Below, in pieces: positions 35,177 through 48,289 of a stretch of DNA of 64,000 nucleotides. Under the pieces are notes generated by a model. That model was given only the letters and a program-made list of their open reading frames with translations. It made no database searches and had not been told where the DNA came from. Positions within the stretch are counted from its first letter, which is position 1, and every line of letters begins with the position of its first letter. The stretch comes from Schmidtea nova. Taxonomy: Eukaryota. The stretch is from NCBI GenBank assembly GCA_044892505.1, contig CM097883.1, positions 216,690,001 through 216,754,000 on the forward strand, in the 5' to 3' direction. A program made the translations under genes and the position numbers.

Positions 35177-38100
35177 ATGATATTCATCAATATTTATTCC
35201 ACGAGATTCACACTTATCAAAGTTTTTTAAACATTTTGAACAAACAATGACATCTCCACAAGGTAAATATAAAATGCAAACTCTATTGATATTACATATT
35301 GAACATGCGAGATATCTTTGTTTGGTTTCTTCCAATTTATTGGTGACATTTACCTCTAAAATGTCCACATTCAGCATGAAAGTTCGGATAAGAGTACGGT
35401 ATTTTCCAAGTCGAAATTCCATGCATGACCAGAAAATGGTATTCAAATTGAATTCAGTAGAATTGATATTTATAAGAATTATAAAAAAACTGGATAATAT
35501 TATCATATATTTATCATATCCGAATGAGTCTGTTAAACCAATAATTAATTTATTATTGAAGGATTTGAATAATTTTGAAAGAATGTCGATATCGCATTTC
35601 TCAATCGAAGTCAAAAGGTCATCAATTTTTAAAAATCATTGGCTCCAATTGTCCAAAGTAATGAAATTATCTGTAACCTAAGTTTAAAATAATTAATTTA
35701 AACACACATACACACACATATATACTAGCTTTAATACCTGGCGTCGCTCGGGGGAGGAGGATTAAATTAATGAAAGCACAAAATTGTTTAAACACTTTTA
35801 TTTTCAAGTACTTTGAATCAACAGGTTGTTTAATTTTAACAATTGGTCTTTAGCTTACGCATTAGGCGAAAAAGTAACAATAAAATTTAACAAAATAAAA
35901 AATCTAATAAAAAATTATTGGAGTGCCTTCTGGTATACAATATTTTTTGTTAACCCAGCTTTTGCAAACACATAAATTTTTAGGATTCCCTAGACGTGAG
36001 CATCCCACATAAAGTTGTCCATGGGTAAAACACGCATTTTCTAAATTTATCCCAGCTACTTTCAATTATTGCCCCTGGGATTTATTAATCGACTTAGCAA
36101 ATGCCAATCTGACGGGGAATTGAATTCTTTTAAAATCAAATGGTAAATTATTTGGAATGAGTGGGATCCGCGGAAAAAACTTCTTCTTTTGTGCTGCCTG
36201 TTAAAATTGTTGCTTCAATAATATTATTATACATATTTTTGACTGACATTCTTGTACCATTGCAAAGTTTTGGAGGATCTAGGTTACGAAGTAACATAAT
36301 TGGAGATTCTATTTTCAAATCTAAGTTATGAGGAGGAAAACCAGAAGGATTTAACGAATTAAGAAATTCAGTCGGATAGAAAACGGACTGAGCAGGGTCA
36401 GTCATTGTGTCAATGGATTTAAATTGTTTACTTTGGGTAGGTATCATTTCCTGAATTTGAAGGTTCAAACTGTGAACACTATCATTCTTAGGTGATAAAA
36501 TTGCTCTTTCACAAAGCCATTTTTGGTTTTTAAAGTTTTCATGTATATCAGTCATTTATCAATTCATTTGTTGATGTAACTATGTTGCAAAAATGTTGAG
36601 GTAACAGAATCATTCCAGTTTTTAAGTGAGACTGCACTTTTCCATTCCCTAATTGTAGTAACCATTCTGCAAACAAACCATCTAAAGTATTTCCTCCAAG
36701 ATGAACTCTCATATTCGTAGTTAAATGAAATGTCGAAACATGTTTCCATAAATACGATGCTTTCAAACACGCATTCAGCTCATCTGCCATTGTCGATTGC
36801 GGAATAACGGGTAAAATTTGGCGAAAGTCACCTGCCATTAGAACAGCAACTCCACCCATTAAAGATTTATTAGATCGAAGATCCTGGAGTGTGCGACAAA
36901 TCAATGATCGATAGTTTTGTTAAACTGTTACATAAAAATGATGATAAGGGACATTGAAAATTAGGTAACAGTATATTTGTTATTAGAAATATGTTCAAGT
37001 ATGAAGCTTTTGCACATAACACAAACCATCACAAAGTGCATTCTGCTACTAGGGTTCTGCTAGCAAGGTTCTGTCACTATGATAAATACATGAAAAATTA
37101 TCATACTTGAGATAATCAAACAAATTATTCTTAAATTATAGTACAAATCTAAATCATTACAAGTGTAAATTGATTCAAGGAAATACTCAATGTCTAATAA
37201 ATTAAACTGTATTTTAATCCAACTGTACATCGTAGTTTTTAGAGTCAATTTCTTGTAAAAGCCAAGCGGGTTTTCATACCAAAATTCATGTTATAGTTCT
37301 AAATAAAACTTTAAAATACCACAGCGTAATAAAAGTTGGTATATATCTATTAGAATTTTAAAATTTCAAAATAATTAAAATTGAAAAAGTTTTTTTTTAA
37401 AATTGCTTATCTTTCGATGAGTCATAAAAATATTTGATAAGTCATCAATGATCAATCGATTAGTCAAAAAAAAATTTTTAATTTAGAAAAAAGGTTAAAA
37501 AATTTTTAAATTGAACCCCCTTGCCCACGCAAAAATTTTTTTGACACCCCTCCCGCGGAGTTCGGTGATTCTTGGACTTTGTTTGATTTTTTCCCGCCCA
37601 CGCATTTCTTTGTGTTTGACTCCACACATCTACTTACTAACATAATTTTTACTAGCAAAAAAATCCACTTCATTACTGCTTTTAAAGTCAATATTATTTT
37701 AATTTATAACTGATTTGTGTGTTTTTATTAAGATTTTATCAAAATTCCTTTTTTAGAAATTTTCAAGAAGAAACCATATTTTTACGTAGTAATTTTAATT
37801 GTGTAGTTTCCGTCTGTGTTAGAAGGATGTTCAGAAGATTTGCATTCAATTGTTAAAGCAATAAATATTCTCTTTTACAATCATAAATAATGATTTCCCT
37901 ATTACAGGTTATACAAATTTCGGTTTTTTATAATCAAGGTTTGAAACTATTTCGTAGACTTTCCTATTTGCAACTTATTCATTCTATTATTTACAATTTC
38001 ATTTCTTTTCTGTCTTAAGATCAAAGCTGTTTATTTGAGAACATTGACCTATAGTCAGATAAGAAATTGTAAATGAAAACCAATCAAAAGTAATAAAGAT

Positions 38101-41100
38101 AAACAATTCTATTATTGTATTTAATATATTGGTATGTTTTTAGCGTCTCTCGTCACCAAGGTGTTAATTTTATTTATTAATTTATAACAATAAGATCATT
38201 TTTAGAAAATTAAACAATAGAAAAATTGACAAATAATAAAAATTATTTATATTCAATTTTCATTATCATTTTTATCCTTTTATACTACACCATTAATATT
38301 AGGGGAAATAGTTGAAATCGACCGAAATGGTTTTAAATCCTGTGGAATAGTTCCAAGAAGTCACGGAGATCCTGCTTTCTGCATTTTCGAATATATTTAT
38401 TTTAGTCGGCCTGATAGTTTTCTTGAAGGTCAACAAGTGAATGCAGTTAGATTCAGGTGTGGTGAGCAATTGGCAAGAGAAAGTTCGATAGAAGCTGATG
38501 TGGTTTCTGGGGTTCCTGAAAGTGCTACTGCTGCCGCTTTGGGATTTTCTAAAGTAAAATAACATTTTATTTTAGATGTCATGTAAATTTCATTTAATAT
38601 TTTAGTGCTAGTAAAAAAAAATATGACGTTAAATATTTTCTAAATGTCTGTTAAACTTTTTGTTCAGAATTCCGAAAACTTCTGAGCGACTTTATAGAGA
38701 AAAAAAACCTTTTTTTAACATATTAATTAATACGGTTCGGATTTTAATGGCAGTAAGAATCATATCGTTAAATTTGACCACATATTAATATATTTTCATT
38801 GAAAATATGCACTTTTCACTTCTTGTAATTTTTGCGTTCTTTTTATAATTCACTGTTTTCCATAAGCATTCAAGCAAAAGGTTTTCGCTAAATTAACTGA
38901 ACTTTTTCATTGAAATCAGAAATACTTTTAAAAATGCTTTTCAAACAATCATGAAGTGTATAAATGAATTTTGACATCATAACATTTCGTTTTTGAATTG
39001 GAAAATACTTATAAGATTAAAGTATTTAATATACAGTTATGCAGCTTAAGCGGTGACTATATATGTCCGGATAATATATAATAATTTTAAATCATTATAA
39101 CTTTTTTAATATAAAAAACGCATTTCTTTATTTCAAATTCATTATAAAGCGCTTATTTCAAATTCAAATATTAAGTAAGATTTATAATAATTTAATTACT
39201 ATAAATTTCATTTTCAAATAGAAATGTACAAGTTAGAAAATCATGATTTGAGACTTCTTTATTTATATGAGTGGAAATCGAAGAACAATTCAGTTGAGGC
39301 TGAGAGGAATATTAATAATGCTTTTAGGAGCGATACAGTTAATGAAAGAACTATTAGGCGTTGGTTAAAAAAATTTGATGGCGGAGAAATTGATCTCGAA
39401 AATATGCCTAACGGTAGATCTAATATCAAGCTGTCGGAGGAAGATTTATGTGAAGCTGTTGCTCAAAATTCAACAATATCTGTACGAGAACTTGTTATAG
39501 ACCTGTCTGCCTCAAAACAACCGTTCGTTACAATTTAAAGACAATTGGTATAGCCAAAAAGCTTCAAAAATGGATCCCACATGAATGGTCTGATTTGCAG
39601 AAATTAAACAGATTACAAACTTGCTTATCTCTTCAAGCACGACATCGAAAGTCATCTTAATAATATTATTACCTTGGATGACAAATGGATTCAATATGAT
39701 AATCGTAAGCGGTCAGGAGAATGGTTGGATAAACATCAATGTCCAAATCAGATTCCGAAACCGGAACTTCACCAAACGAAAGTCATGCAATCAGTCTGGT
39801 GGTCTAAGTATGGTGTAATACATTATTGTTTTCTGAAAATGGGTGCAACAATTAATTCTGAACGATACTGCGTAGAACTAGACAAAATTCATGAAAAACT
39901 CGCCATTAGTCACCCTGTAATTGGTAATAGAAAAGGTCCAATTATCCTGCATGATAACACCAGGCCTCATATATCGAACGTCAATGTAAAAATTGTAAAA
40001 TATTAATTATTATATGTACTTGTACGTTTTTTAAATTATAATCCATTTAGTGAACATTTCATTCCAGACAACATAATATATATGGCCGGGCGTAGGTCGG
40101 TGCAAACGGTGTAACTGCACAAGGCCCGAGTCGTACCTGTTTTCAAATAAAATGTTATTAATAAATTATATTTATCTATTGTTTTCGTAAAAAATTACCA
40201 TAAATAACTTAATAATAATTTAAAATATATAATTAATTATATTAATATAAGTTTTTCTTGTGTAATATTAATATATGTAAATAATAAATCCAAAACAACT
40301 ATTTTTATTCTATTCATGGCAAATTTTTTATAAGAGGTTAATGCAATTATGAAAATATGATCTGTTATTTTGCTATTTCTCATTTATCTGTACTAAAACA
40401 TTGGTATTTTAAATTTAATTTTCCATTACAATGGGAACATTTAATATTTGAGAACTCACGTCCAATATTGGCTTAGTCTTTACAGCCATAGCAGTGACGC
40501 TGAAATATAACTTTCTTATTTGAATTAGCAATTCTTCTGTCTTGTATTATTTCTTCTCTTAATGCTGCTTTCTATTTCAATGGTGGTCTTATCCTTTTAT
40601 GTAACTTTTGTTTAGTTCAGCTAAACTTTCATTTAATTTTCATTTTTCTANNNNNNNNNNNNNNNNNNNNNNNNNNNNNNNNNNNNNNNNNNNNNNNNNN
40701 NNNNNNNNNNNNNNNNNNNNNNNNNNNNNNNNNNNNNNNNNNNNNNNNNNNNNNNNNNNNNNNNNNNNNNNNNNNNNNNNNNNNNNNNNNNNNNNNTATT
40801 CTTCTTCATTTTCAAATTATTTTTTTTGCTTTAATTAAATCTGCCATTTCATACCGTTATATTTCTCTTCTGTTTACTTCACAATTCAAGTAGTGTTTTA
40901 ACAGAAAAGCTAGTAATTTAGTGTATCATTATCCTTTCAAAATTCTTTTCGATTGTATTAAAATATTCATCCACGGTTGAATTTCATGTTCAAAGAAATT
41001 TGTATATCTTTATTTTGATGCTTTTGCTTTGAAAGATTGTTTTAATACTTCGCCCAAATTGTTTTCGAACCGTGTATCGTCAAAGATTTTTATGCTTTTT

Positions 41101-44100
41101 TCGTTAAGATATACACGAAGAACAATATTTATTTGTTGTTCATTCAGTTTTATCATACCAAAATAATTCTTGATTGATTTAATTCTTCCAGATCTTCCCC
41201 TAGACAATATAATTTCGGCTGCGGAATAATCTAAAGAAATTCTGAGATTCCTAAATTGTTCGTAGTCATAGTCTTATAAAAATATAACTCAGTTATTAAA
41301 TTATATTTCAATACATTACATATCAGTATGTATGTATAGAGTATTAGAGACTATTGTGTAATCATGATTATGAAGTATGAGACTTGGTTTATCAAAGAGT
41401 CACACATACAATAACACACATTCATACATCAAGAAATCAATTAATATACCGATTTTTCGCGAATATAAGCCGCACCCCTTCGTTTTTTGAAAATTCAACT
41501 TTTTTCTTATATAAGCCGCGGCTTATATTCGCGAAAATTCGATAATTACACTGTCCAGCAGAAAATATTCAAAGTAGCTAGTAGGTGGATTTGAATAATT
41601 CCATAATGCTGGTTCTGAATCTGAACTCCATTTTTAACTGGTACCCTCCAATTTCTTGAAAAAGAGTATATTGTACATTTTGGGCCAAAAAAGATAATGT
41701 TCGTAAAAAAGCGATACTTTACTTTGCTGATTTTGATGCAGTTTATTGGTATAGATCAGGAGTGGCCAACCGGCGGCCCGCGGGTCATCAATTGGCGGCC
41801 CGCAATGTTTTAATATTTCAAAAATAGAATAAAAATTTTTATAAAACATTTTGAAAATTTCCCTAATTCATTATGATTTCTATTCAGCGCCATCAAATAT
41901 AAATAGTGCCAGTTTATCCTGTACCTAAGAAGCATAATTTATTTAACATGCACGCAAATGCTTTATTGTTTTTTAACGGTTGTCTCAGACCCCACTACGG
42001 GCGATTACTGCGCTCCTCCTGTCCTTTAGTTGGAATTAGCTCAGAAGCATCAGATAAAAATTTACGCCTTTCAAACCTGCGGCCCGCCGCATGGTTCAAA
42101 AATATTGTAATGGCCCTTTTTCCAAAAAGGTTGGCCACCCCTGGTATAGATAGATAATAATAAATTATATTCTAATGCTCTTAATAATGCAACAAACTGC
42201 ATCAAAATCGGTGAAGGCTGACATGGAGAAATAATGAAAATTATTGCTTTTCTTTTCGGAATGGTCATTTTTATTGTCACGCCATGTAATATTACAACAT
42301 GTTGAAATAAACTGTCCGAATTGGCATGTTGACGTCGTTTCATCCTCACAAAGCTTATAGATGACTTATAAGAATGGTAAAAATGAAAAACTGATTTCCT
42401 TTTTTCCAAGAAACCACAGGTACGAGAAAAAAACGAACGTCTGATTCGAAATCGGCGGCATCGAATTACCCTGCGACACAAGATTACATTTTTAGATTTT
42501 TATGAAAGTTAAAATTTGTTGGACAGTGTTATTAAATACCTATAATATTCTCGAGAAAATTGTCACCGTATTGTTTATTAGATGTGGGGATAGGACTTGC
42601 AGTACGTGAGGCTATTGTCAACCATTTAGTCATCGATTAACCTCGAACACAGCTTTCGGATGCCAAGTTCTTTCAGAATTAAATGTGTAGGGTAAGAGTT
42701 GAAGTTTAGACGTTCTAAGATTTTCCTTATGCAGATGATGCGTTGAGAAACCACGGTTTTCTGCAACAAATTACATTTGCCATCATAAATTTAGGTAACT
42801 TTCATGTTCTTTCCTCATCGGAAACTGACTGTCGGCCATGGCGAAATTCTTGAATCCAATTATAAATTGTTGATCGACTTGAATAATTATCTTCAGCACA
42901 AGAAATTCGATATATTTCTGTACGCTACGCATCGATGTGATGCTGCGGATAAATAATGAAATTCCCTTTGTCCCACTCACAACTTGAATGGCACAAACAG
43001 GCCAATGACAGACATGCAGCCTTTAATATCATATATATGCGTTAAAAGTGATTAACTGTTTAAGACTGCTGTATATTTTTGTCTCTTAGTTTGTTTAAAT
43101 TTTCATTTTGAATAATATATTGAAATTATTATATATAATTTATTATTGATATTTAGTTTATATATGGCTATTTTTTGAATTTCTTAAGATCATTAAAATT
43201 TTAGCTCCATTAATATGACTATTATAAGTTATAAATTCTGCCAATTTTGTAAAATAAAAAGGATAAAATAAAATAAATTTATCTATAATATATTATGAAA
43301 CAGGATGACATAATCATTCATTTTACGAATGAATACTAAATTCAAGTTGAATATTTTATTTATTAATAAAAATTACAATTTATGAGTATGACAATTACAC
43401 CTAATTTACAAGTTGATATTTTTACAAATTTAAATGCAAAATGTATAATAATTTTATTCACAATAAATAATTTTTGATTATGTCTTGTGGTGTAATTATG
43501 TGTTATTAATAAATCCTGAATTATTTTGAATGAAATTCTAACATTCGATCATATTTTCTCAAAAGATTTCCCATTATTTTTAAATTTATTGTCAATGTAG
43601 TGAAGTATTACTATTATTATAATTGGCGAATTTTTCTGGTTTATTTTTGGACTTGCTGAAAGAATTTCCTAAAGTTCAAGATGCTGTATTGTTGATGTTT
43701 CGGGTAGGGCTGTTTATGCATGGCTATTATGCTATACGCGCCTGCGTGCACGTGATTTCTTTTTGTTTTATCGCGTCTATGTGCGCATTTTATTTTAGTG
43801 GAGGTGGATTTATTAATTGATTATTCTACATTATGGGTTTTTGTTTTGTCGATCCAATTTGGAAATTAGGATTTGGTGATTTTTTCGGATTTTTGCTGAA
43901 TTGATTATTCTGGAATTTTATTTGTTTATTCGGGCTTTTGGATTTAGAAGTTATTTGATGGAATTTTCAAATCTTGCTTAGTGGGAACGAGTGAATTTTG
44001 GCAATTGTATTTTGTATAGGTTTGAGTTTTAATTTGGAGATTTATTTGGATTTCTGTGGATTTAAAAGAAGGATATTGTTCTCTATGATTCAAATGACTA

Positions 44101-46615
44101 TAGAGATAATCGCATCACATTTTAATCATGTCGGAAACGTTCCCATACAAGAAGATTTTAATTCGATAGTTGATGTTCAAACTGAAGACGATGCTTTGGA
44201 AACGAAAGAGTGTATTTCTATACATTGTGGAAATAATATTATATTCCCAAGAGATATCAATCCTACTTTTCAATTTAAGAAAGTTAATTGTGATTCAAGG
44301 TCAATTTTGATATCGAGAATTCAAAAATCTGACGTATGTCAACAACCCAATGCTTCTTTTGATGATTTCAAGTTAAACAGTGATATCTTTGACATTATGA
44401 CAGACGAGTTGCTTACTGATAAAAATAAAAATGGTCTTGGCTCGTTTCAGTTGATGTTAGATTCGTTGAGAAATTGATTAATTTCCATTATTATTCATTT
44501 TTCTTTGTCGATAAGGTAAATATATTAATGAGTGTTCGTTCATTGACACATGTTGTTTGATAGTTTGTTTTGGAAGGTTTTAACTCATAATCACTTATAT
44601 TCTATTCATTTTGCTCTTTCATATCATCGTGAATAAACATTGTGGATTTTGCCTTTTGATTCGAAATCGTTTTTATTGTCACGATTTACACTGAAAAATT
44701 CATCAAATTCAAATAATCCATCATTGTGGAGTAAGTGTTTTGTTATTTATTTCAAATTCATTTATCAAAGATACTGGTTTAATTTTACTCAAAATTTTAA
44801 ACCTAGTCATATTTTTAAAAATACAATTGATTAAAAAGTTTATTACAAAAATATGAACAAGTCTTCAAAAATTTAAATTTAAATTTACTTTAAATTTTTC
44901 AAATTAGATAATATTTAAACAACTAAAATTTATCAATATTTTTCAAATTACAAGTTTTTGCAATTCATTTTTATAAAAATCATTTTAAACTATAAACTAC
45001 TGTCCAATTTACACTAGTTTATACTAAAAATAATAATTTTATAATTTAAACAAAATTTAATTAAAAACGATCACATTGAGNNNNNNNNNNNNNNNNNNNN
45101 NNNNNNNNNNNNNNNNNNNNNNNNNNNNNNNNNNNNNNNNNNNNNNNNNNNNNNNNNNNNNNNNNNNNNNNNNNNNNNNNNNNNNNNNNNNNNNNNNNNN
45201 NNNNNNNNNNNNNNNNNNNNNNNNNNNNNNNNNNNNNNNNNNNNNNNNNNNNNNNNNNNNNNNNNNNNNNNNNNNACGCAACAATAGGAAACGCCAGAAA
45301 CACAATAACAATAACAAACACACAACATATCTAAGATTACCTTTCCTAAATGACACTACAGCCAACAAAATCACCAACATTTTTAATCAAACAGATTTGC
45401 CTATCCACATCCGTCCAACGTTCATAACCTCCGCACCGTTAAAATCACAACTCCGAAAGCCACCAATTTCCAACATCTCCAAACATAAATGTCTTTGCCG
45501 TTCCACAACCCGATGCTTTTGCTTTTCCAAAAATATAGTATATAAACTTTCTTGTCAAAAATGTGACTCTACTTACATAGGAGAAACACATAGAACTTTT
45601 CGCACCCGACTTAATGAACACACTAAAAACAAAACCAGTAATTATTACGAACACTGGGAGAAAGTACATAAAACAACTCCATCTATAGAAGAAACAAAAT
45701 GCCAGATTCTACAAGAGGGATTCAAAAATTCATTACAAAGATTAGCTTTCCGAGACTTCCATCAACATTCAATTCGCACAAAAAAATTAAAATAAATTTT
45801 TTCATCCAATAAAATCATTATAAAATATTAAAAAGATAATTAAGGCTACTATTTAGGATTAAGTAAATATAACGATAGAAATACACACTTGATAAAGGCT
45901 GTGCCGAAATATTGTGTTATTGTTTATAAAAAAAAATTTGATCTATAGTCATTATGAGAATTATTGATAATAATAATAATAATTATTATTATTATTATTT
46001 TCATCATCATTATTATTATTATTTTCATTTTCATTATTATTATTAAATTCAACTACTTATTTTATTGTAAATTGTTCAGCAATCTGGTATAGACTATATG
46101 GAAGTGTTAACAAGAAATAGATATGTTGGTCGAACATTTATACAACCCAGTAAACATCTCAGAAAGATTGGCGTTATAAAAAAATTTGGATTTTTACAAG
46201 AAAACTTTTCCGGCAAACGTGTAATACTAATTGATGATAGTATTGTCCGAGGAAATACCATTTCACCTTTAGTTTGTGAACTTAAAAAATTTGGAGCAAA
46301 AGAAGTAATTGACTTCAATTTATTTACATTTACATTTTTACTGCCTTAAAGGTTCATTTGCGAATAGCCTCTCCACCTATTAAGCACCCGTGTTACATGG
46401 GTATCAATATACCGACTGAAGATGAACTTATTTACAATAATTTTGGAAGTGCCGATATTTTAGCAAAAGAACTTGGAGCTGACAGTCTTCAATATCTCTC
46501 TGTTGAAGGTTTAAACAAAGCGGTACTTGAAGGTATAAAAAATAAAGATCATACTAATGTTGGACACTGTAACGCGTGTTTGACAGGAAAATATCCAGTC
46601 AATCCTCAATTTTAA
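28906..46615 (+). CDS. PPAT: Amidophosphoribosyltransferase, 497 aa; exons 28906-29463, 29520-29715, 38303-38553, 46080-46304, 46352-46615
   Basis: Propeptide then catalytic Cys (DK/CGIFG), [45 protein letters not shown]-binding [13 protein letters not shown], Fe-S cysteines (HPCYMG, CNAC); all introns GT-AG; joined CDS of 1494 nt is in frame. Confidence 0.96.
30438..30666. mobile_element. hAT (Charlie/Buster-type) MITE
   Basis: Imperfect CAG..GACCAA.CC TIRs; 8-bp TSD TGTTAGAT/TTTTAGAT. Confidence 0.7.
33000..33355. repeat. Tandem repeat, ~120-127 bp x 3
   Basis: GGTATTATTTTT.AAGGTG..TGATC.AAAAA block at ~33060, 33173, 33302. Confidence 0.8.
33440..34797. repeat. Three clusters of a 30-bp unit TTAACAAAGACATTGCAATGCAGATGCAAG (33447-33575, ~34145-34310, ~34585-34797) plus (TAA)n at 34319-34400
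   Basis: Direct reading; third cluster runs into an N gap. Confidence 0.88.
35072..35614 (-). pseudogene. Decayed IAP-type RING finger gene (cargo of the 32544-37638 element); 3' end runs into (TA)n
   Basis: [29 protein letters not shown]: RING pattern with His>Asp and the last Cys lost. Confidence 0.6.
35725..36904 (-). mobile_element. Helitron 3' fragment with frameshifted PIF1-type helicase
   Basis: [50 protein letters not shown]; 3' hairpin CCGAGCGACGCCAGG then CTAG (35728-35725) followed by T. Confidence 0.9.
39224..40006 (+). pseudogene. Mariner transposase, frameshifted and 3'-truncated
   Basis: N-terminal HTH ([14 protein letters not shown]), [23 protein letters not shown]; third catalytic Asp region missing. 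Confidence 0.9.
41449..41542. mobile_element. Tc2/pogo-type MITE, 94 bp
   Basis: 25-bp TIR CCGATTTTTCGCGAATATAAGCCGC; TA on both sides. Confidence 0.8.
41757..42143. mobile_element. hAT (Charlie/Buster-type) MITE, 387 bp
   Basis: TIR CAGGAGTGGCCAACC/GGTTGGCCACCCCTG; perfect 8-bp TSD GTATAGAT. Confidence 0.92.
42540..42980 (-). pseudogene. Second mariner transposase remnant (N-terminal half)
   Basis: Manual translation gives [25 protein letters not shown] and [15 protein letters not shown], with stops and frameshifts. Confidence 0.7.
45276..45795 (+). mobile_element. Penelope-like element 3' part: linker plus GIY-YIG endonuclease (5' part in N gap)
   Basis: [34 protein letters not shown]. 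Confidence 0.85.
45885..45917 (+). ncRNA. Candidate minimal (dimeric) hammerhead ribozyme, U3-A8 variant
   Basis: ACAC-TTGATAA-A-GGC tgt GCC-GAAA-TATT-GTGT, 90 bp after the PLE ORF; a copy truncated inside the core at ~48101-48185. Confidence 0.5.
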
Positions 46616-46933
46616 ATGTCACTTACCCGACCTCTATAATTTAGCTTTAATTGTTTGCTGTTCGATTTTTTAGTACTTTATTGATTTATTCTGATTTAGA
46701 GTATTGTAATTTTTACCAATTTTACGTTGATTTCAATATTTAATAAACTCTTTTGCCAGTTCTGACTTTTGATATTTTTAATAATTTTATNNNNNNNNNN
46801 NNNNNNNNNNNNNNNNNNNNNNNNNNNNNNNNNNNNNNNNNNNNNNNNNNNNNNNNNNNNNNNNNNNNNNNNNNNNNNNNNNNNNNNNNNNNNNNNNNNN
46901 NNNNNNNNNNNNNNNNNNNNNNNNNNNNNNNNN

Positions 46934-48220
46934 TACAGTCTGTTTAGGAAAGTTGTCGATAGTTATTTTCTATCGCTCAATTGCCCCAATATCCATACAT
47001 GCTCTTGTCAAATTTTAAATTCCAAAGTATGTACATATTGTTATAATTTTCAATTATATTTTACTACCCTAGGATGTAACTTTTATTCATAAGAAAAAGA
47101 CAAAACCTAAATTTGTGGTATGGAAAGGTATTAAAATTAGACAATTAGCGAAATCAATGAATAGGAATATTGATGATGTAATGGAAGTGATATGTCGGGT
47201 ATTAGGCGATAATGCCCCCTTGAGATATTCTACAGGTATTTTTTAAATTGATATTATCCCTCGTTTCTTATATATAAATTTTTAAAAAAATATTTTATGA
47301 AATTTTTCCTTATATGAGGTTTTGTTTTTCAATTGCTATTCCTATCAACGAAAAAAATAAAATCTGAAATTAACTGTAAATATAGTCTTTAAAATTGCAA
47401 TTTTGTTTAAAAAATAATTATTTAACAGTGTTAATTTACCACTATTTTTCCGTGCGTTCCGATTCTTTTCCTTAGAAATTAAGCCCTATATATACACATA
47501 CATGCATACATACATATTTTTACGGTTACTAGAACCTAAGTTTTCAAGGAAAATGTTTATTCAATAATTTTCATATTAATTTTTTTATTAAGTTTTACAA
47601 AAATTTGTGTGAAAATTTTTGAATTAAAAAAAAGGTTAAACTAAAAGATTAAAAAGATTATAATACACATTTATAAGCATTTACCAGTTTACTGAAAAGA
47701 ATGAAAATAATATTTAAAAAAATAGTATGGAAATAAATAGATCATAACAAGAAATCAAGTTACAAATCAAAGTTGAATAAAACATTTTTTATTGTTTTAT
47801 TTTATTAAGTGGATATTAGGCTATTAAAATATACATTTACTGATATGAGTATTTAGGATAATGAAGCTAGAATGTTATGATAATGCTCGATTACAATATT
47901 AATTCAATATTATAAAGTGCAACATACAATAGATATTTTATTCCTTATATAGATGGATATTTATATCCTTGCCAGCGCATCAATGTCTGAAATGTTAATT
48001 TATAATGTTCGACTCGAAATTGTCATTTTCATTATTAAATTTATATAGAACCTAAAACCAATTTTTTATTAAATGCTACCTAATTAATATGTGATACCAG
48101 TAAAGGCTGTGCCGAAATATTGTGTTATTGTTTATAAAAAAAAATTTTGATCTATAGTCATTATGAGAATTATTGATAATAATAATAAAAAAAGATCAAC
48201 GGTGAAAAAAGATAATTATG

Positions 48221-48289
<69 letters not shown>

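Larger units (their letters stand above)
32544..37638. mobile_element. Non-autonomous Polinton-like element (5,095 bp) in PPAT intron 2
   Basis: Termini AGTAGGTAGATGTGTGGAGTC / GACTCCACACATCTACTTACT; ~250-bp diverged TIRs; 6-bp TSD ACCATA/AACATA (5/6); first 9 nt identical to the 11994 element. Confidence 0.75.
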
